The notes under the pieces were generated by a model. The model worked only from the letters and a program-made list of their open reading frames with translations, made no database searches and was not told the origin of the DNA. The translations under genes were made by a program, and so were the position numbers. DNA of 64,000 nt from the NCBI GenBank assembly GCA_964458485.1, contig CAYWJA010000003.1, forward strand, positions 30,524-94,523, written 5' to 3'. Shown here piece by piece: positions 63,425 to 64,000 of this stretch. Positions within the stretch are counted from its first letter, which is position 1; every line of letters begins with the position of its first letter. The DNA is from an uncultured Candidatus Peribacteria bacterium. Lineage in GTDB: Bacteria > Patescibacteriota > Gracilibacteria > UM-FILTER-43-11.

Positions 63425-63955
63425 TTAAATATATTTATTTAATTGTGATTCATATTTTGCTATAGCTTTCTTTATAGTGTTTCTTATATTTACAGAAGTA
63501 TATCCCCAGATATTATCATCATAATCAATTGGTATTTTTAATACTCCATCCTTAAAGGAAGTGCGATATCCCCGTCCATCAATTAGATCTAATTGGATTT
63601 TTGGTAAATGTCTTTTTTCATCTTTGGTTAAGCCATTAATTGCGTCTTTGATTTGATCAAGGTTTTTTTCTGCATTGTCGATGTCAGCATTATGATCATT
63701 TTTAAATAACATCCTCCTAATGCCAAGTTCATCTGCTAAGTTATTCAATTTAGATTGAAATTTTGCTATTCTTGGATTTGACATCCTCTTGCCTACCTGT
63801 TCATTTTTACGTTTTATAGGATTTTTTGGTACAACTAAATCTTCTACTCTTATTTCACCATTATTAATTTGTTTTATAACTTTATTAATCTCATCTACGC
63901 CTTTTTTTGTCCATGGATTATATTTATTTGGTTTTCGAGACATTATTAATACCAT
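63425..63955 (-). CDS. Basic hypothetical protein (176 aa)
   Basis: ORF only. Confidence 0.45.
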   Translation of the reverse strand: MVLIMSRKPNKYNPWTKKGVDEINKVIKQINNGEIRVEDLVVPKNPIKRKNEQVGKRMSNPRIAKFQSKLNNLADELGIRRMLFKNDHNADIDNAEKNLDQIKDAINGLTKDEKRHLPKIQLDLIDGRGYRTSFKDGVLKIPIDYDDNIWGYTSVNIRNTIKKAIAKYESQLNKYI

Positions 63956-64000
63956 TTTATCATGAAACCCTGAAAGCAGATCTGAATCTTCTATAAAGTA

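Noticed and set aside
1-64000. Searched for rRNA, tRNA, tmRNA, RNase P or other classical RNA genes.
   Set aside because: No cloverleaf-compatible segment with a GTTCGAATC-type T-arm was seen by eye, and no long GC-rich untranslated block other than the CDS-bearing island. tRNAscan or Infernal would be needed to be sure.
1-64000. Alternative genetic code (UGA recoding, as in some candidate phyla).
   Set aside because: Standard-code translation gives full-length conserved proteins (GroEL, TopA, UvrB, ArgG and others), and TGA is used as a genuine stop, for example in argF.
1-64000. Diversity-generating retroelement or retron, which are common near surface proteins in small genomes.
   Set aside because: No reverse-transcriptase-like ORF (no YxDD motif) and no template/variable repeat pair were seen.

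Overview
AT-rich segment (about one third G+C by eye) of a standard-code bacterial chromosome. Native genes have essentially no Shine-Dalgarno motifs. Giant surface proteins and VirB2/TrbC-like pilin modules look CPR/Patescibacteria-like to me, but taxonomy cannot be settled from this window. Layout: (1) 156-18540 is a surface/appendage island. The minus strand carries five secreted or anchored proteins with cohesin-like modules, two of them giant with C-terminal dockerin motifs, plus a YidC-like insertase. The plus strand carries a polytopic VirB6/TrbL-like protein and three pilin-module genes. (2) 18650-27337 is an eight-gene arginine operon (argG, argF-prime type, P-loop unknown, argC, argD, argB, AstE-family deacylase, argH) with no argJ/argA/argE. 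(3) Housekeeping genes: uvrB, htpX, secD (with an embedded parvulin), rnhA, trxA, hup, topA, groES/groEL (CIRCE-like operator), asnS. (4) Accessory or orphan genes: HTH-Fic plus pentapeptide-repeat protein, S1 protease with SLH domains, LRR protein, Cys-rich/zinc-ribbon pair, truncated RAYT-like HUH transposase, and a 1069-aa plus 483-aa orphan operon. (5) 59991-61200 is a one-gene island of about 55-62% G+C with its own strong SD. The non-coding space is the most striking part. Almost every gene boundary carries a long hairpin whose arms are short tandem repeats. There is also a MITE-like family with covarying terminal hairpins (5 copies plus fragments) and a GGACGCAGATCTGCGTCC palindrome family. 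Copies of these elements sit in frame inside coding regions. No rRNA, tRNA, CRISPR array or reverse transcriptase was found. My best candidate for an undescribed system is the cohesin-dockerin/pilin surface island. The structured-repeat/RAYT complex and the foreign GC-rich gene come next. All domain calls are by-eye motif recognition and need HMM or structure confirmation.
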